Positions 48,871 through 58,958 are shown, counted from the first letter of the stretch. The stretch: DNA of 64,000 nucleotides from Trueperaceae bacterium (GCA_965214405.1 OZ243956.1:1504001-1568000), one strand, 5' to 3'. Made by a program: numbers and translations. The notes: generated by a model from the sequence alone, not told the origin.

Positions 48871-49284
48871 TTAAGCCAGCTCCTCAAAAAAAATACCAAT
48901 CTCACGCTCCGCCGTTGCGGGCGCGTCGGAGCCGTGGGCGACGTTCTCGTCAATCGTGGTGGCGAAGTCGCCGCGGATGGTGCCGGGGGCGGCGTCTTCG
49001 GGGTTGGTCGCGCCCATCATCTTGCGCCATTCGGCAATCACGTTTTCGCCCTCCACGACCATCGCCACCACCGGGCCACCCGTAATAAAAGAGACGAGGC
49101 CTTCAAAAAAGGGCTTGCCCTCGTGCTCGCCGTAATGCCGTTCGGCGGTTTCGCGGGGAATTTGCATGAATTTCATGCCGACTAAGGTAAACCCTTTTTG
49201 CTCTATTCTGCGAATTACTTCACCCACCAGACCGCGCTTGACGCCGTCGGGTTTGACCATTGCAAAGGTGCGCTCGAGTGCCAT
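48871..49284 (-). CDS. ndk: Nucleoside diphosphate kinase
   Basis: [25 protein letters not shown] and NVAHGSD motifs. Confidence 0.97.
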   Translation of the reverse strand: MALERTFAMVKPDGVKRGLVGEVIRRIEQKGFTLVGMKFMQIPRETAERHYGEHEGKPFFEGLVSFITGGPVVAMVVEGENVIAEWRKMMGATNPEDAAPGTIRGDFATTIDENVAHGSDAPATAEREIGIFFEELA

Positions 49285-49605
49285 AAGAAGGGAGTCTAAC
49301 ATGAACGCGGGCATGGTGCGTCCAGGAACGCTCGCCTTCAAAAGCGAGTTTATCCGTCCTCTCTTCCGCCTTTGTTAAAGTCTTCATGAAGCTCTTCTCT
49401 CATCCACGCCGCGCCGCTGTGAAGTATCTTACACGCATCTCAGGATGTTCTCATCGAAGGGGGTGAGAGGGGTGAACGCGGTCGCTACGACTCTGGTCTT
49501 TCTGGGGGTGCAAACGGGTGATGTGGTCATTAACTAACGGATGAGTCAGCTTCTATTCCGCTGGAACAACACTCAAACTTATAAGTATAACCAGGAGAGA
49601 ACCAA

Positions 49606-50964
49606 ATGAAACGTTTGTTTGCTTTACTGATGCTGTTAAGTTTGCTCGTGCTCGCGGCGTGTAGCGACACGACGCCCAACCTAGCGCCCACACCGGACAA
49701 TCCTGAAACCAGCGTTACAGGTTTCCGCTTTGACGTCGACCCGAGTTCTCAGCAAGTTTCTGTAACCGCCATTGGGATGGACGGGAACGCGCTGAGGACG
49801 CAGCAGGCGGGCGGGGCGAGGCTGCTCGAGCCGGGAACCGAGCTTATCGCAAGCAATGTTCGCGCTGGCCGCGCATCCGAAAACGTGGCGACCATTACGG
49901 CCACGTTCGAAAATGTCACCACTGACGAAAGTTTCGGTCAGCCTTTCACCTTCCGGCCCGCGCTCGCGCCTCAACAGGGCAACTACCTGAGCTCCACCGA
50001 ACCCACCGTCACGGATGCGGATTTAGGAGGAGACGGCGTGCTCTCGCCCGGTGAGTCAACCTCAACGCTCACTTTTACCGTCAGGTTTAAGAGCCGACCC
50101 TTCTCCTACTTCGTTAACGCCTACGCAGTTGAACAGCAAGCCACAAAAGGCTGCGGCGCTGACGGCGTCTTCCAAGGTGACGTGACGATTCGAGAACAAG
50201 CGGTTTTAGACACCCTCGAGGGCTGCACCACCATAAACGGAAGCTTGTCCATCAACACCGACGCGTCAACCCTCGACTTCTCGCCGCTCAACGGTTTAGA
50301 GACGGTCACGGGTGACCTTATTATAGGTAGCCTTAATGTTGACGACGACTCATCGCTCACCTCCGTCGCTGGCTTTGGGCAGCTTGAAACTGTCGGGGGC
50401 AGGTTATTCATAATACTCAGCAAAGCCCTCGTCTCCGTGTCAGGCTTTGGACAGCTTGAAACCGTTGGAGGCGACTTGTCGATCTTTGGCAATGACAGGC
50501 TCGTTTCTGTGGCGGGCTTTGAAAGTCTCAAAATCGTTGGCGACGACGTCTCAATAGACTTCAACGTTGTACTAGCCTCCATCCCAGAGTTTGGAGCGCT
50601 CGAGCAGGTTAGCGGCTTCTTGTCAATCGACCTCAGCGCCCTCACCTCCGTGACAGGCTTTGGGCAGCTCAAAACTGTTGGCGGATTGGTTATTTCTGAA
50701 AACGGCGCGCTCGTTTCTGTGGCGGGTTTTGAGCAGCTCGAAACAGTCGGCGTCCCTGGGTTCAGTTCACCCTTTAATATTGGTGAAAACGGCGCGCTCG
50801 TCTCCATCGTGGGCTTTGACAGCCTCAGCTCTGAGAACGTCTTCGCCACCAGCTCTATTTTCGATAACCGCAACTTCGACTGCTCCGTCCCGCCCCAGAG
50901 CAACCTACCCTTCTTACCCGTTGATAGGTCGTTTGGCAACCTCGTCGACTGCCCCACAAAGTAA
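49606..50964 (+). CDS. Lipoprotein with receptor-L-domain/LRR-like repeats
   Basis: Lipobox LAAC. About seven 23-28 aa repeats of L(V/T)SVxGFxxLxxVGGxLxIxxN, capped by Cys pairs. Confidence 0.8.
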   Translation: MKRLFALLMLLSLLVLAACSDTTPNLAPTPDNPETSVTGFRFDVDPSSQQVSVTAIGMDGNALRTQQAGGARLLEPGTELIASNVRAGRASENVATITATFENVTTDESFGQPFTFRPALAPQQGNYLSSTEPTVTDADLGGDGVLSPGESTSTLTFTVRFKSRPFSYFVNAYAVEQQATKGCGADGVFQGDVTIREQAVLDTLEGCTTINGSLSINTDASTLDFSPLNGLETVTGDLIIGSLNVDDDSSLTSVAGFGQLETVGGRLFIILSKALVSVSGFGQLETVGGDLSIFGNDRLVSVAGFESLKIVGDDVSIDFNVVLASIPEFGALEQVSGFLSIDLSALTSVTGFGQLKTVGGLVISENGALVSVAGFEQLETVGVPGFSSPFNIGENGALVSIVGFDSLSSENVFATSSIFDNRNFDCSVPPQSNLPFLPVDRSFGNLVDCPTK

Positions 50965-51049
50965 CGAAAGGAGACACAGCGGAATACAAACCCGAAACAC
51001 AAGAACAGCGTGAGGACAAGAAGCCCTTTGAAGAGCCCAAGCTTACTTA

Positions 51050-51453
51050 CCTCACCCCCACCCTCACCGAGCGAGGCAATGTGCAAGAGGTGACGCTCCA
51101 AGGCTTTTTCGGCTCGTTTTCTCCGTAACCGTTTAGCACCAGGACATGCACCCTCGGCTTTCATGGTCGGGGGTGCTCGCTTTATGTTTGGCAAGCACCG
51201 TCATGGCACCAACCCGGTACCAGACCGTGTCGCCCTTGCCGAACATGTGCCCTCACGCGTGGCTCGCAAAACCACATTGCGTGTTGGGGTAACCGAGGAC
51301 GTACCGAGCGCCGAGTAGCGAGAGCGTCCGAAAGTTCGTATCCCCCGTTTCTTTAACGTCTTTAACGACGAACGGTTCGCCCAGAAGAGCGAACCGTTTT
51401 CGCAAGTGCTTCGTTGAGCAGTCCCTCTCAGCGTTCACACGCCAGCGCGTCAC
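51050..51453 (-). pseudogene. Possible decayed gene fragment (GNAT-like)
   Basis: Short interrupted frames CGFASHA-stop-GHMFGKGDTVWYRVGAMTVL and RVHVLVLNGYGENE; weak resemblance only. Confidence 0.25.
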
Positions 51454-51481
51454 TGCGATTCACAGAATGTGCGGCAACCTT

Positions 51482-51760
51482 TTAGACGCGCGCCGCGAGC
51501 AGCGCGTGCTTTTCTAAAAAAGCTTCAAACTTGGCGCGGTTGAATCTCGAGAACGAGGCGGCGTCCTCACCATAAACAACCGTCGGCACGCTGCGCTTGC
51601 CGTTGTTGACGCGCATGACGTAGTCGGCGGCCTCGAGGTCGTGCTCGATGTTGACTTCTTGAAAGGGGATTGAGAGCTTTTCTAAGACTTTTTTGGCGAC
51701 CTGGCAGTCGCCGCACCACGACGTTGAGTAAAGAGTAAGGGTGTCCGTCCTTCTGTCCAT
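51482..51760 (-). CDS. Glutaredoxin-like / mycoredoxin-like protein
   Basis: YSTSWCGDC active site, NNGKRSVPTV; RBS GGAGG. Confidence 0.87.
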   Translation of the reverse strand: MDRRTDTLTLYSTSWCGDCQVAKKVLEKLSIPFQEVNIEHDLEAADYVMRVNNGKRSVPTVVYGEDAASFSRFNRAKFEAFLEKHALLAARV

Positions 51761-52006
51761 CGTTCCTCCAAAAAACGCCGCACGCGGCGGCACGGGGGAG
51801 CGTAACACGCACGTGCGAGAGGCTCTGTCGTGCTGAATGACGCGTCCCAACTATAAGAAATCCTTCAGTGCGCCTCGTCTGCCTTTCCCGCTCGGTTTGT
51901 CGCGTTTACGCCACGCCGCGCGCGCAGGGCGTGTATACTCGCATGAGAGAACGCAAGTTTGGTTTCCCATCCCCTTAGACTAATTTCTTACCAGAACAGG
52001 ACACCC

Positions 52007-53809
52007 ATGACATACCGCAACATCGCTATCGTCGCTCACGTTGACCACGGCAAAACCACGCTGGTCGACGGGATGCTCAAGCAGTCGCATATTTTCCGCG
52101 AGAACCAGGCCGTCGCCGAGCGCGTGATGGACTCCAACGACCAAGAACGCGAGCGCGGCATCACCATTTTGGCAAAAAATACTGCGGTCGAGTGGGAGGG
52201 CGTCAAAATCAACATCGTCGACACGCCCGGTCACGCCGACTTTGGCGGCGAGGTCGAGCGGGCCTTGGGGATGGTTGACGGCGTAATGCTCTTGGTCGAC
52301 GCCGCCGAGGGTCCCATGCCGCAAACGCGCTTTGTGCTGCGTAAGGCGCTCGAGCGCGGCCTCAAGCCCATCGTGGTGGTGAATAAGATCGACCGCAAAG
52401 ACGCGCGGCCCGACGAGGTTGTCGATCTCACCTTTGACTTGATGGTGGAGTTGGGCGCGAACAACGACCAGCTCGACTTTCCGATTCTTTACGCGGTGGC
52501 GCGCGAGGGGCGGGCCTGGACCGAGCTGGACGAGCCCGGCGACGACCTCGCGCCGCTCTTTGAGGCGATTCTCACCTACACCCCCGCCGCCGACGCCGAT
52601 ACCGACGCGCCTTTTCAACTTCAGGTCGCCAACTTGGATTACTCGGATTACCTGGGCCGCATCGCGGTCGGACGGGTGCGGCGGGGCAGCGCCCGCAAAG
52701 GCGACGCGGTGCTGCGTTTGGGCAGAAACAGCGAGTCGCGCGCGCGGCTCACCAAAATTTATACGCATTTGGGGCTCGAGCGCGTCGAGGTGGACGCGGT
52801 CGAAGCGGGGGACATCGTCGCGGTGGCGGGTCTCGACGAGGTGCAGATCGGCGACACGCTGGCGCACCCCGACGCGCCCGAGGCGCTCCCCACGCTCTCG
52901 GTCGACGACCCCACGGTTAGCGTGACCTTCTCGCCCAACACGAGCCCCTTCGCGGGTTTAGAGGGCAAATACGTGACCTCGCGCCACCTCAAAGACCGTC
53001 TGGACCGCGAACTCTTAACCAACGTGGCCTTGCGCGTCGAGGAGTTGGGCAGCGAGCAGTTCCGCGTCTCGGGCCGGGGCGAGCTGCACCTGTCGATTCT
53101 CATCGAGGGGATGCGCCGCGAAGGCTACGAGTTTTCGGTGTCGCGCCCCGAAGTGATTATGAAAGAAGTGGACGGCGTGCGCATGGAGCCCTACGAGCAC
53201 GTCGTCGCCGACGTGCCCGAGGGCGCGATGGGCGCGGTGATGGAGTCCTTGTCGAGCCGCCGCGGCACGCTGGTCAACATGAGCCAGGAGAGCGGGCGGG
53301 CGCGGCTCGAGTTCTCCATCCCGTCGCGCGCGCTGTTCGGCTACCGCACCCAATTTTTGTCGATGACGCAGGGCGAGGGCCTGCTCAACCACACCTTTGA
53401 CGGCTACGAGCCCGCGGTGGGCGACCTCAAAATCCGTCAGGGCGGCTCTATGGTGGCGATGGAGGCCGGGGACATCTTCGCCTACAGCCTTTTTAAGCTC
53501 CAAGACCGCGGCGTCTTTTTCGTCGACCCCGGCACCGAGGTTTACGTGGGGATGATCGTCGGCGCGAACGCGCGCGCGGGCGACCTCAACGTCAACGTGA
53601 CCAAAAACAAAAAGCTCACCAACGTGCGCGCCTCGAGTTCCGACGACAACATCACCCTCACGCCGCCCAAGAGACTCACGCTCGAGGAAGCCCTCGAGTA
53701 CATCGCCGACGACGAACTCGTCGAGGTGACGCCCAAGAGCGTCCGGTTGAGAAAGCGGATTTTGGAGCCCAATATGCGTAAGCGGGAGGAAAAGGCGGGG
53801 GTTAGTTAG
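52007..53809 (+). CDS. typA: Translational GTPase TypA/BipA
   Basis: [49 protein letters not shown] and LTNVRAS motifs. Confidence 0.97.
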   Translation: MTYRNIAIVAHVDHGKTTLVDGMLKQSHIFRENQAVAERVMDSNDQERERGITILAKNTAVEWEGVKINIVDTPGHADFGGEVERALGMVDGVMLLVDAAEGPMPQTRFVLRKALERGLKPIVVVNKIDRKDARPDEVVDLTFDLMVELGANNDQLDFPILYAVAREGRAWTELDEPGDDLAPLFEAILTYTPAADADTDAPFQLQVANLDYSDYLGRIAVGRVRRGSARKGDAVLRLGRNSESRARLTKIYTHLGLERVEVDAVEAGDIVAVAGLDEVQIGDTLAHPDAPEALPTLSVDDPTVSVTFSPNTSPFAGLEGKYVTSRHLKDRLDRELLTNVALRVEELGSEQFRVSGRGELHLSILIEGMRREGYEFSVSRPEVIMKEVDGVRMEPYEHVVADVPEGAMGAVMESLSSRRGTLVNMSQESGRARLEFSIPSRALFGYRTQFLSMTQGEGLLNHTFDGYEPAVGDLKIRQGGSMVAMEAGDIFAYSLFKLQDRGVFFVDPGTEVYVGMIVGANARAGDLNVNVTKNKKLTNVRASSSDDNITLTPPKRLTLEEALEYIADDELVEVTPKSVRLRKRILEPNMRKREEKAGVS

Positions 53810-53864
53810 GGTAAACACGCCTTTTACGGGCGTGCGCGAGTTCACCAGACCGTGTGAGAAACCC

Positions 53865-53893
53865 TGGGCCGCAGGAGTATCCTGCGGCCCAAA
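53865..53893. terminator. Strong hairpin / terminator between convergent typA and GNAT genes
   Basis: TGGGCCGCAGGA-loop-TCCTGCGGCCCA followed by an A run. Confidence 0.65.
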
Positions 53894-53935
53894 GTCATAA
53901 ATTTGTCCTTGGTGATGTTTTCGTCAGCACGCTAA

Positions 53936-54832
53936 TTAATTATCTTTTAGCTCGAGCGCGTAATCAACGGTTTCAAAGTAGGTCTCAAACCCCGCTGAAC
54001 CGTAAAGCTTAAAGGCTGCTTCATTCGTGGGCTCATACCCCACGATAGCCGTCTCCATGCCCCCTTCTTTCATCCGGGCCATCCCTGCAAACATCAATGC
54101 TTTGGTTAAGTCGCGCCGTGTGAAATCACGGTGACAGCCTACGGGTTCAAAGTATCCTGTTAGGCTGATGGGGTCAAACCAGACCACCACAAAGGCGGCA
54201 AAGCGTCCGTCTGGTGCGACGACGACAAGCTCTCGCTCGGGGTCAAAGCCTGGGGTTCGCATCACTTGGAGATATTTAGCTTCGGTCCATTTAGGGCTAA
54301 AGGCTCCGTTATGTACGTTTGCCACAAGCTGCGCTTCGTGTTCTCCTGCCACAGGACGAATCGTAAAACCCTTAGGCAGATGAGCTTCAGGAATGGCGTC
54401 AAGGCTGCGCTTCGCCACGGTGTGGTCTGCTTTTTGCACTTTGAAGCCTAGCGGCTCGAGGCACTCCTTCGCTGCTTTGTCACCCTCTACAAAGTTGACT
54501 GTGACGGTCGTTTTCTCCCCTTGTTTCATCCGTTCACGCATCACCGTAAGGCAGGCGCGGTGAAACTCTTTTTCCCACGCACCCCCGCGTCTTCGCGCAT
54601 CCATCACAGGAGCGTAACGCCCTAAGTCAGCGTCTAGCTCGACAACAGCGAGCATCTCCTTTTCTTCAACGATGTGAAAGTGGCGCTCGAGCCCTTCCCC
54701 ACGGTAGCCACTACTCATCCAGTGGACAAAATCGCCAGGGTGATAGTTTGTATGTTTATCACGCCCCCAGCACTCGCCGATAAAGCGCGTTACTGCGGGC
54801 AAATCACTTGGATGATACGGACGTAACATCAT
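53936..54832 (-). CDS. Tandem GNAT acetyltransferase
   Basis: FEPVGCHRDFTRRDLTKALM and NEAAFKLYGSAGF motifs; AT-richer than flanks. Confidence 0.85.
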   Translation of the reverse strand: MMLRPYHPSDLPAVTRFIGECWGRDKHTNYHPGDFVHWMSSGYRGEGLERHFHIVEEKEMLAVVELDADLGRYAPVMDARRRGGAWEKEFHRACLTVMRERMKQGEKTTVTVNFVEGDKAAKECLEPLGFKVQKADHTVAKRSLDAIPEAHLPKGFTIRPVAGEHEAQLVANVHNGAFSPKWTEAKYLQVMRTPGFDPERELVVVAPDGRFAAFVVVWFDPISLTGYFEPVGCHRDFTRRDLTKALMFAGMARMKEGGMETAIVGYEPTNEAAFKLYGSAGFETYFETVDYALELKDN

Positions 54833-54852
54833 GTCTACTCTCCTTGCGAGTT

Positions 54853-55281
54853 TCAGGCAGAGCGCCCCGGCATCCCCCGCGCCTCCTCTTTCAGAGGCAT
54901 CTCGGCGCTCCCGCACGCGCCCCACTCGTCCACGCTGGTGTCTTCTCTATAGGGCTCGAGCCCGCGCAAATAGCCGCTCCGGGCGATCATATAAGCCGAC
55001 AAGGGCGCGGTGAGAAAGAAAAAGGCGGCGATCAGCAGCACCCGCGTGGTGAGGTGCTGGGGGCCAAAGGCGACCGCCGCGCCGATAAAGATGCTCAGGC
55101 CGCCCAGGGTCACGAGCTTGGTCGAGGCGTGGAGGCGGGTATAGAAGTCGGGAAAGCGGAACACGCCGATGGCCGCCGCGAGCAAGAATACGCAGCCGAA
55201 CATGATGAGCAGTTCCGCGGGCAGGTTGCCCTGAACTTCCGCCGCGGCTTCCGGAGCGGCGAACGCCAAAATGGCGATCAC
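54853..55281 (-). CDS. mrpG: Na+/H+ antiporter subunit G
   Basis: IGVFRFPDFYTRLHASTK and LTAPLSAYMIAR motifs. Confidence 0.92.
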   Translation of the reverse strand: MIAILAFAAPEAAAEVQGNLPAELLIMFGCVFLLAAAIGVFRFPDFYTRLHASTKLVTLGGLSIFIGAAVAFGPQHLTTRVLLIAAFFFLTAPLSAYMIARSGYLRGLEPYREDTSVDEWGACGSAEMPLKEEARGMPGRSA

Positions 55282-55550
55282 TTCATCACCTTGCCCTCGA
55301 GCAGATACCGCGTCAGCGCCACGGTACTCAAGAATCCCAAAATGGACACGATTAAAGCCGCGTCCAAAAAGGCCGCGTATCCCGTTTTGAGCGCCAGCAC
55401 CACAATCAAGACCGCGATAATAACCCCCAAAAAGTCAAACGCGGTGATGCGGTCGCCCCACGACGGCCCCTTGAGGATGCGGTAGAGCGTCAAAACGATG
55501 GCCAACAAAAGGCAAACCAGCGCGATATCAATAACCATAAAGTCTCCCAT
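55278..55550 (-). CDS. mrpF: Na+/H+ antiporter subunit F
   Basis: YRILKGPSWGDRITAFD and GFLSTVALTRYL motifs. Confidence 0.92.
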   Translation of the reverse strand: MGDFMVIDIALVCLLLAIVLTLYRILKGPSWGDRITAFDFLGVIIAVLIVVLALKTGYAAFLDAALIVSILGFLSTVALTRYLLEGKVMK

Positions 55551-55652
55551 TATGTCGCCTCAGCGTACGCACCTTTTTTAGAAGGTAGCAGATATGTAGT
55601 AACAAGCTTTTGCCTCTACTCATCACTCACCACTCATCACTCGGTACTTTTT

Positions 55653-56120
55653 TCACGTCATAAACCTCAAAATCAGCCGCTCGATGCGCGTAACGCTGTT
55701 TCTCGACTTTTCCACGTCCGCCTCGCCGATGGCGTGCGCGTAGAGGAGGCTGCGGTCTGCGGACACGCCCATCGCCACCGTGCCCGGTAGTAGCGTGATG
55801 GCCGCCGAGAGAAGCGTGATGGCGGCGTCGCTTTTGACGTTTAGAGGCACGGCGATGATGTGGGGATGCAGCCGCGGGCGAGGCTTGACGGCGAGAAGCG
55901 CCACGGCGATGTTGGAAATGAACAGTTCATAAAGAAACTGCGCGACAAAGCGGGCGAAGCCGACCAAGCGCGCCGGAAACGAACGCTCGCCCTCGCGCCG
56001 GACGACGCTCAGGAAAAGGAGGCCCAACAGCGCCCCGATAAAGAGGTTGTAGAGCGTTAAGTTGGCCGCCAAAAAAACCCAGAGGAGCGCGACGGCCAAG
56101 ACGGTGAGAAGCTCGAGCAC
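55653..56120 (-). CDS. mrpE: Na+/H+ antiporter subunit E
   Basis: ELFISNIAVA, ITLLPGT and LYAHA motifs. Confidence 0.9.
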   Translation of the reverse strand: MLELLTVLAVALLWVFLAANLTLYNLFIGALLGLLFLSVVRREGERSFPARLVGFARFVAQFLYELFISNIAVALLAVKPRPRLHPHIIAVPLNVKSDAAITLLSAAITLLPGTVAMGVSADRSLLYAHAIGEADVEKSRNSVTRIERLILRFMT

Positions 56121-57793
56121 TATTCCCCCCCCGCATCCTGTGAATCCTGCGCCACCTCTTGCACAGCTTCTGGTTGTACAGGTTCTTGTTGCACAGGTTC
56201 TTGTTGTACAGCTTCTGGTTGTACAGCCTCTTGTTGTACAGCCTCTTGTTGTATAGCGTCTTGTGCCACCTGCGCAACATCCGGCAACACCTCGCTGATG
56301 TACTGAGCGTTCGTCAGAAGCTGCGCCGCCACCCGCTCGGACACTGCGTAGACGGGGCCGCTGGCCGCCGCCAACGCCACGAGCAAGACAACCGCCGCGG
56401 CGGTGGGCAGGACCATCCCTCGAGGCAAGCTCACGCTATGGACCGCGTCGGCGTCGCCCCAAAAGAAGCTCCGCCACACGAGCACGGTCGCGTATAAGAG
56501 CAGCCCGCCCGTGACCACCGCCGCCACGCCTACAAGAACCGCCAGCGCGTCCCCGCGCGCGAACAAGGCCCCGATGAGCGCGAATTTGCCGATAAAGCCG
56601 CTCGTGGGCGGCAGCCCGGCCAGGGTGAGCGCCGCGATAAAGTAGCCCACGCCCAGCCACGGGTAGTCGCGCAGGTGGCCCTCGCTGCGGTAGTCCTCGC
56701 CCGCTATTTTTTCGGCCAAACCCGCAATCAAAAAGAGCGTGAAAACGACGAGCACCGAGTTGACGAGATAGTACACCCCAGCCGCTAAGCCCCCCAACGT
56801 GCCCAAAAAAGCGCCCATCGCCAAGTAGCCGATGCTCGAGATGTTCGCAAACGCCAAGAGGTGCCGCCAGCGCTGCCTAGCAATCGCGCCAAAACCGCCT
56901 AGCAAAACGGTAAAACCCGCCAGCAAGAGCAGCCCCGAGAGCGCCTCCGTTTCCCCCGGGAACATCAGCGTAAAGGTGCGCAAAAGCGCGTAAATCCCGA
57001 CCTTGGTTAACATCGCCGCGAAAAAGGCGCTCGTCGCGGCGGGCGGCGCGGGGTAGGCGTTGGGCAGCCAAAACCCGAGCGGAAAGAGCGCGGCCTTGGT
57101 CGCAAACACGAGCCCCAGGAGGAGCGCGACCATCGTCACGCGCGGGTCCGGGCCATGAACATTCACAACGTCGCGCAGCCTCACGGCGATGTCGGCCATG
57201 TTGAGCGTGCCGAAAAGCCCGTAAGCGAGCCCCGCCGTCACCACGAAAATCGCCGAGGCGACGAGGTTGATGACCACGTACTTGAAGCCTTCACGGAGCT
57301 GCGCCACCTCGCCGCCCAGGAGCAGGAGGCCGTAAGAGGCAATCAGCATCACCTCAAAGGCGACAAAAAGGTTGAACAGGTCACCCGTCAAGAAGCTCAT
57401 GTTAACGCCCATAAAGAGAAACTGGAGAAGCGCGTGCGTGCCGAAAACCTCTCGAGCCCGGTTCAGCCGCGCCGACTGACCCCGCCGGGGGCTCGTTTGG
57501 AGGCTCGAGGACGCGAACAAGACCGTTAGTAGCCCCGTCACCCCGCCCAGCAGCAAGAGCAGCCCCGTGAGCCCGTCCGCCACCAAAGTAATACCGTAGG
57601 GCGCGGGCCAGGCCGCCATCTGCACCACCAGCACCTCGCCCGACAGGGTGCGCCAGGCGATAAACCCGTCTACCAGGAGCGTCAGAGTCGCCGCCGCCGC
57701 CGCAAAAAGCGCTCTCACCCGCGGCGTCCGCAAGAGCAAGAGCACCGCCCCCGCCACCAGGGGCAGGAGCACCGGCCAGGCAACAACGTTCAC
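56120..57793 (-). CDS. mrpD: Na+/H+ antiporter subunit D, with QQEAV-repeat tail
   Basis: WPAPYGITLVAD, TGDLFNLFVAFEVMLIASY, FWLPNAY and LTKVGIY motifs. Confidence 0.93.
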   Translation of the reverse strand: MNVVAWPVLLPLVAGAVLLLLRTPRVRALFAAAAATLTLLVDGFIAWRTLSGEVLVVQMAAWPAPYGITLVADGLTGLLLLLGGVTGLLTVLFASSSLQTSPRRGQSARLNRAREVFGTHALLQFLFMGVNMSFLTGDLFNLFVAFEVMLIASYGLLLLGGEVAQLREGFKYVVINLVASAIFVVTAGLAYGLFGTLNMADIAVRLRDVVNVHGPDPRVTMVALLLGLVFATKAALFPLGFWLPNAYPAPPAATSAFFAAMLTKVGIYALLRTFTLMFPGETEALSGLLLLAGFTVLLGGFGAIARQRWRHLLAFANISSIGYLAMGAFLGTLGGLAAGVYYLVNSVLVVFTLFLIAGLAEKIAGEDYRSEGHLRDYPWLGVGYFIAALTLAGLPPTSGFIGKFALIGALFARGDALAVLVGVAAVVTGGLLLYATVLVWRSFFWGDADAVHSVSLPRGMVLPTAAAVVLLVALAAASGPVYAVSERVAAQLLTNAQYISEVLPDVAQVAQDAIQQEAVQQEAVQPEAVQQEPVQQEPVQPEAVQEVAQDSQDAGGE

Positions 57794-58254
57794 GCCGCCC
57801 CCCCTCGTCCCCGCTCGCCCCCTTCTCCCTTCCCTTTTCTCTCCCGCTTATCCTCTCTCCCCCGCTCCGGCGACACCGACGGGTGCTCCGGGTCAGCGTA
57901 GCCGCGCTCTTCGGTGCGCTCGTCGGGGCGGTCTAAGAGTTCTTGGATGTGGTCAGTGCCCGTTTCCTGGTACGCCCGCATCGCCAAAACCAAAAGAAGC
58001 GCGGTCGTCGCAAAACCGATCACAATCGCGGTGAGGATGAGCGCCTGCGGCAAGGGGTCCGCGTAAGGACCCGCGATGTTGAGAAGCGGCGGCGCGGCGA
58101 GCGTTTCGCCCGAGCCCGCCAGCAAGATACTCAGGTTGACCCCGTAAGAAATCATCGACAGGCCGATGATGAGCCGGATGATGGCCCTCGAGAGGAGCAG
58201 ATACACGCCCGTCCCCACGAGTGTGGCGGCGAGCAGGGGCAAAAGCAGTTCCAT
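57790..58254 (-). CDS. mrpC: Na+/H+ antiporter subunit C
   Basis: DPLPQALILTAIVIGFA motif. Confidence 0.93.
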   Translation of the reverse strand: MELLLPLLAATLVGTGVYLLLSRAIIRLIIGLSMISYGVNLSILLAGSGETLAAPPLLNIAGPYADPLPQALILTAIVIGFATTALLLVLAMRAYQETGTDHIQELLDRPDERTEERGYADPEHPSVSPERGREDKRERKGKGEGGERGRGGAA

Positions 58255-58958
58255 CAGTCTTGCTCCTGGTTAGAAGATACTTGGTTAGAAGATACTTGGT
58301 TAGAAGATACTTGGTTGGAAGGTTCCTGGCTAGAAGATACGCGGGAGGCTCTACTCGTACCCATCTCGCCCATGTCCGCCAAGAGGTCGATAATCGTCAG
58401 CGTCGCGCCGATCACGACCAAAAAGACGCCGGTATCAAAAAAGACCGCCGTGGCCCATTCGAACTCGCCGATAAAGGGCCACTCGAGATAGCCAAAGGCG
58501 CTCGTCAAGAAGGGCTCGCCCAAAGCCATCGGCACCACGCCCGTAAGGAACGCGAGCAGCAGCCCCCAGGGGATGAGCGCCTTGGGCGCGAACGACAGGA
58601 GCGGCCTGTTGACCGCCATGCGCAGCAAGAGCGACGCCACCGCGATAACCAGCCCCGCGATAAAGCCGCCCCCCGGCGCGTTGTGACCACGCAAAAAGAG
58701 GTGGACCCCGAGCGCGATGAGCACAAACACCACGGGCCGCGCGAGCACGCGGAAAAAGATTTCGGGAGGCTGCGCGTGCTCCGGTACAGGAGAATGTGCA
58801 GCGGGATTTGCAGAGGATTTCGCAGCGGAATTAGAAACCGCAGGAGGCTCAGGAAGCGTGGGAGCCACGGAGACGCGCTTGCGAGAGTTCTCTGGGTTAG
58901 GGGCGGTTGCAGCGCTCGAGGGATAAACTTTGACCGCTTTGCTTATAGGTTTACTCAT
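58254..58958 (-). CDS. mrpB: Na+/H+ antiporter subunit B, with low-complexity N- and C-terminal extensions
   Basis: GHNAPGGGFIAGL and FFDTGVFLVV motifs. Confidence 0.9.
   Translation of the reverse strand: MSKPISKAVKVYPSSAATAPNPENSRKRVSVAPTLPEPPAVSNSAAKSSANPAAHSPVPEHAQPPEIFFRVLARPVVFVLIALGVHLFLRGHNAPGGGFIAGLVIAVASLLLRMAVNRPLLSFAPKALIPWGLLLAFLTGVVPMALGEPFLTSAFGYLEWPFIGEFEWATAVFFDTGVFLVVIGATLTIIDLLADMGEMGTSRASRVSSSQEPSNQVSSNQVSSNQVSSNQEQD

Noticed and set aside
50121..51194. 357-aa minus-strand ORF
   Set aside because: It is the antisense shadow of the repeat lipoprotein, with Ser/Pro/Thr-biased composition and no motif.
51943..51978. Short u[14 protein letters not shown] upstream of typA
   Set aside because: The ATG is only 3 nt from the TATACT box, too close to be in the transcript, and there is no RBS.
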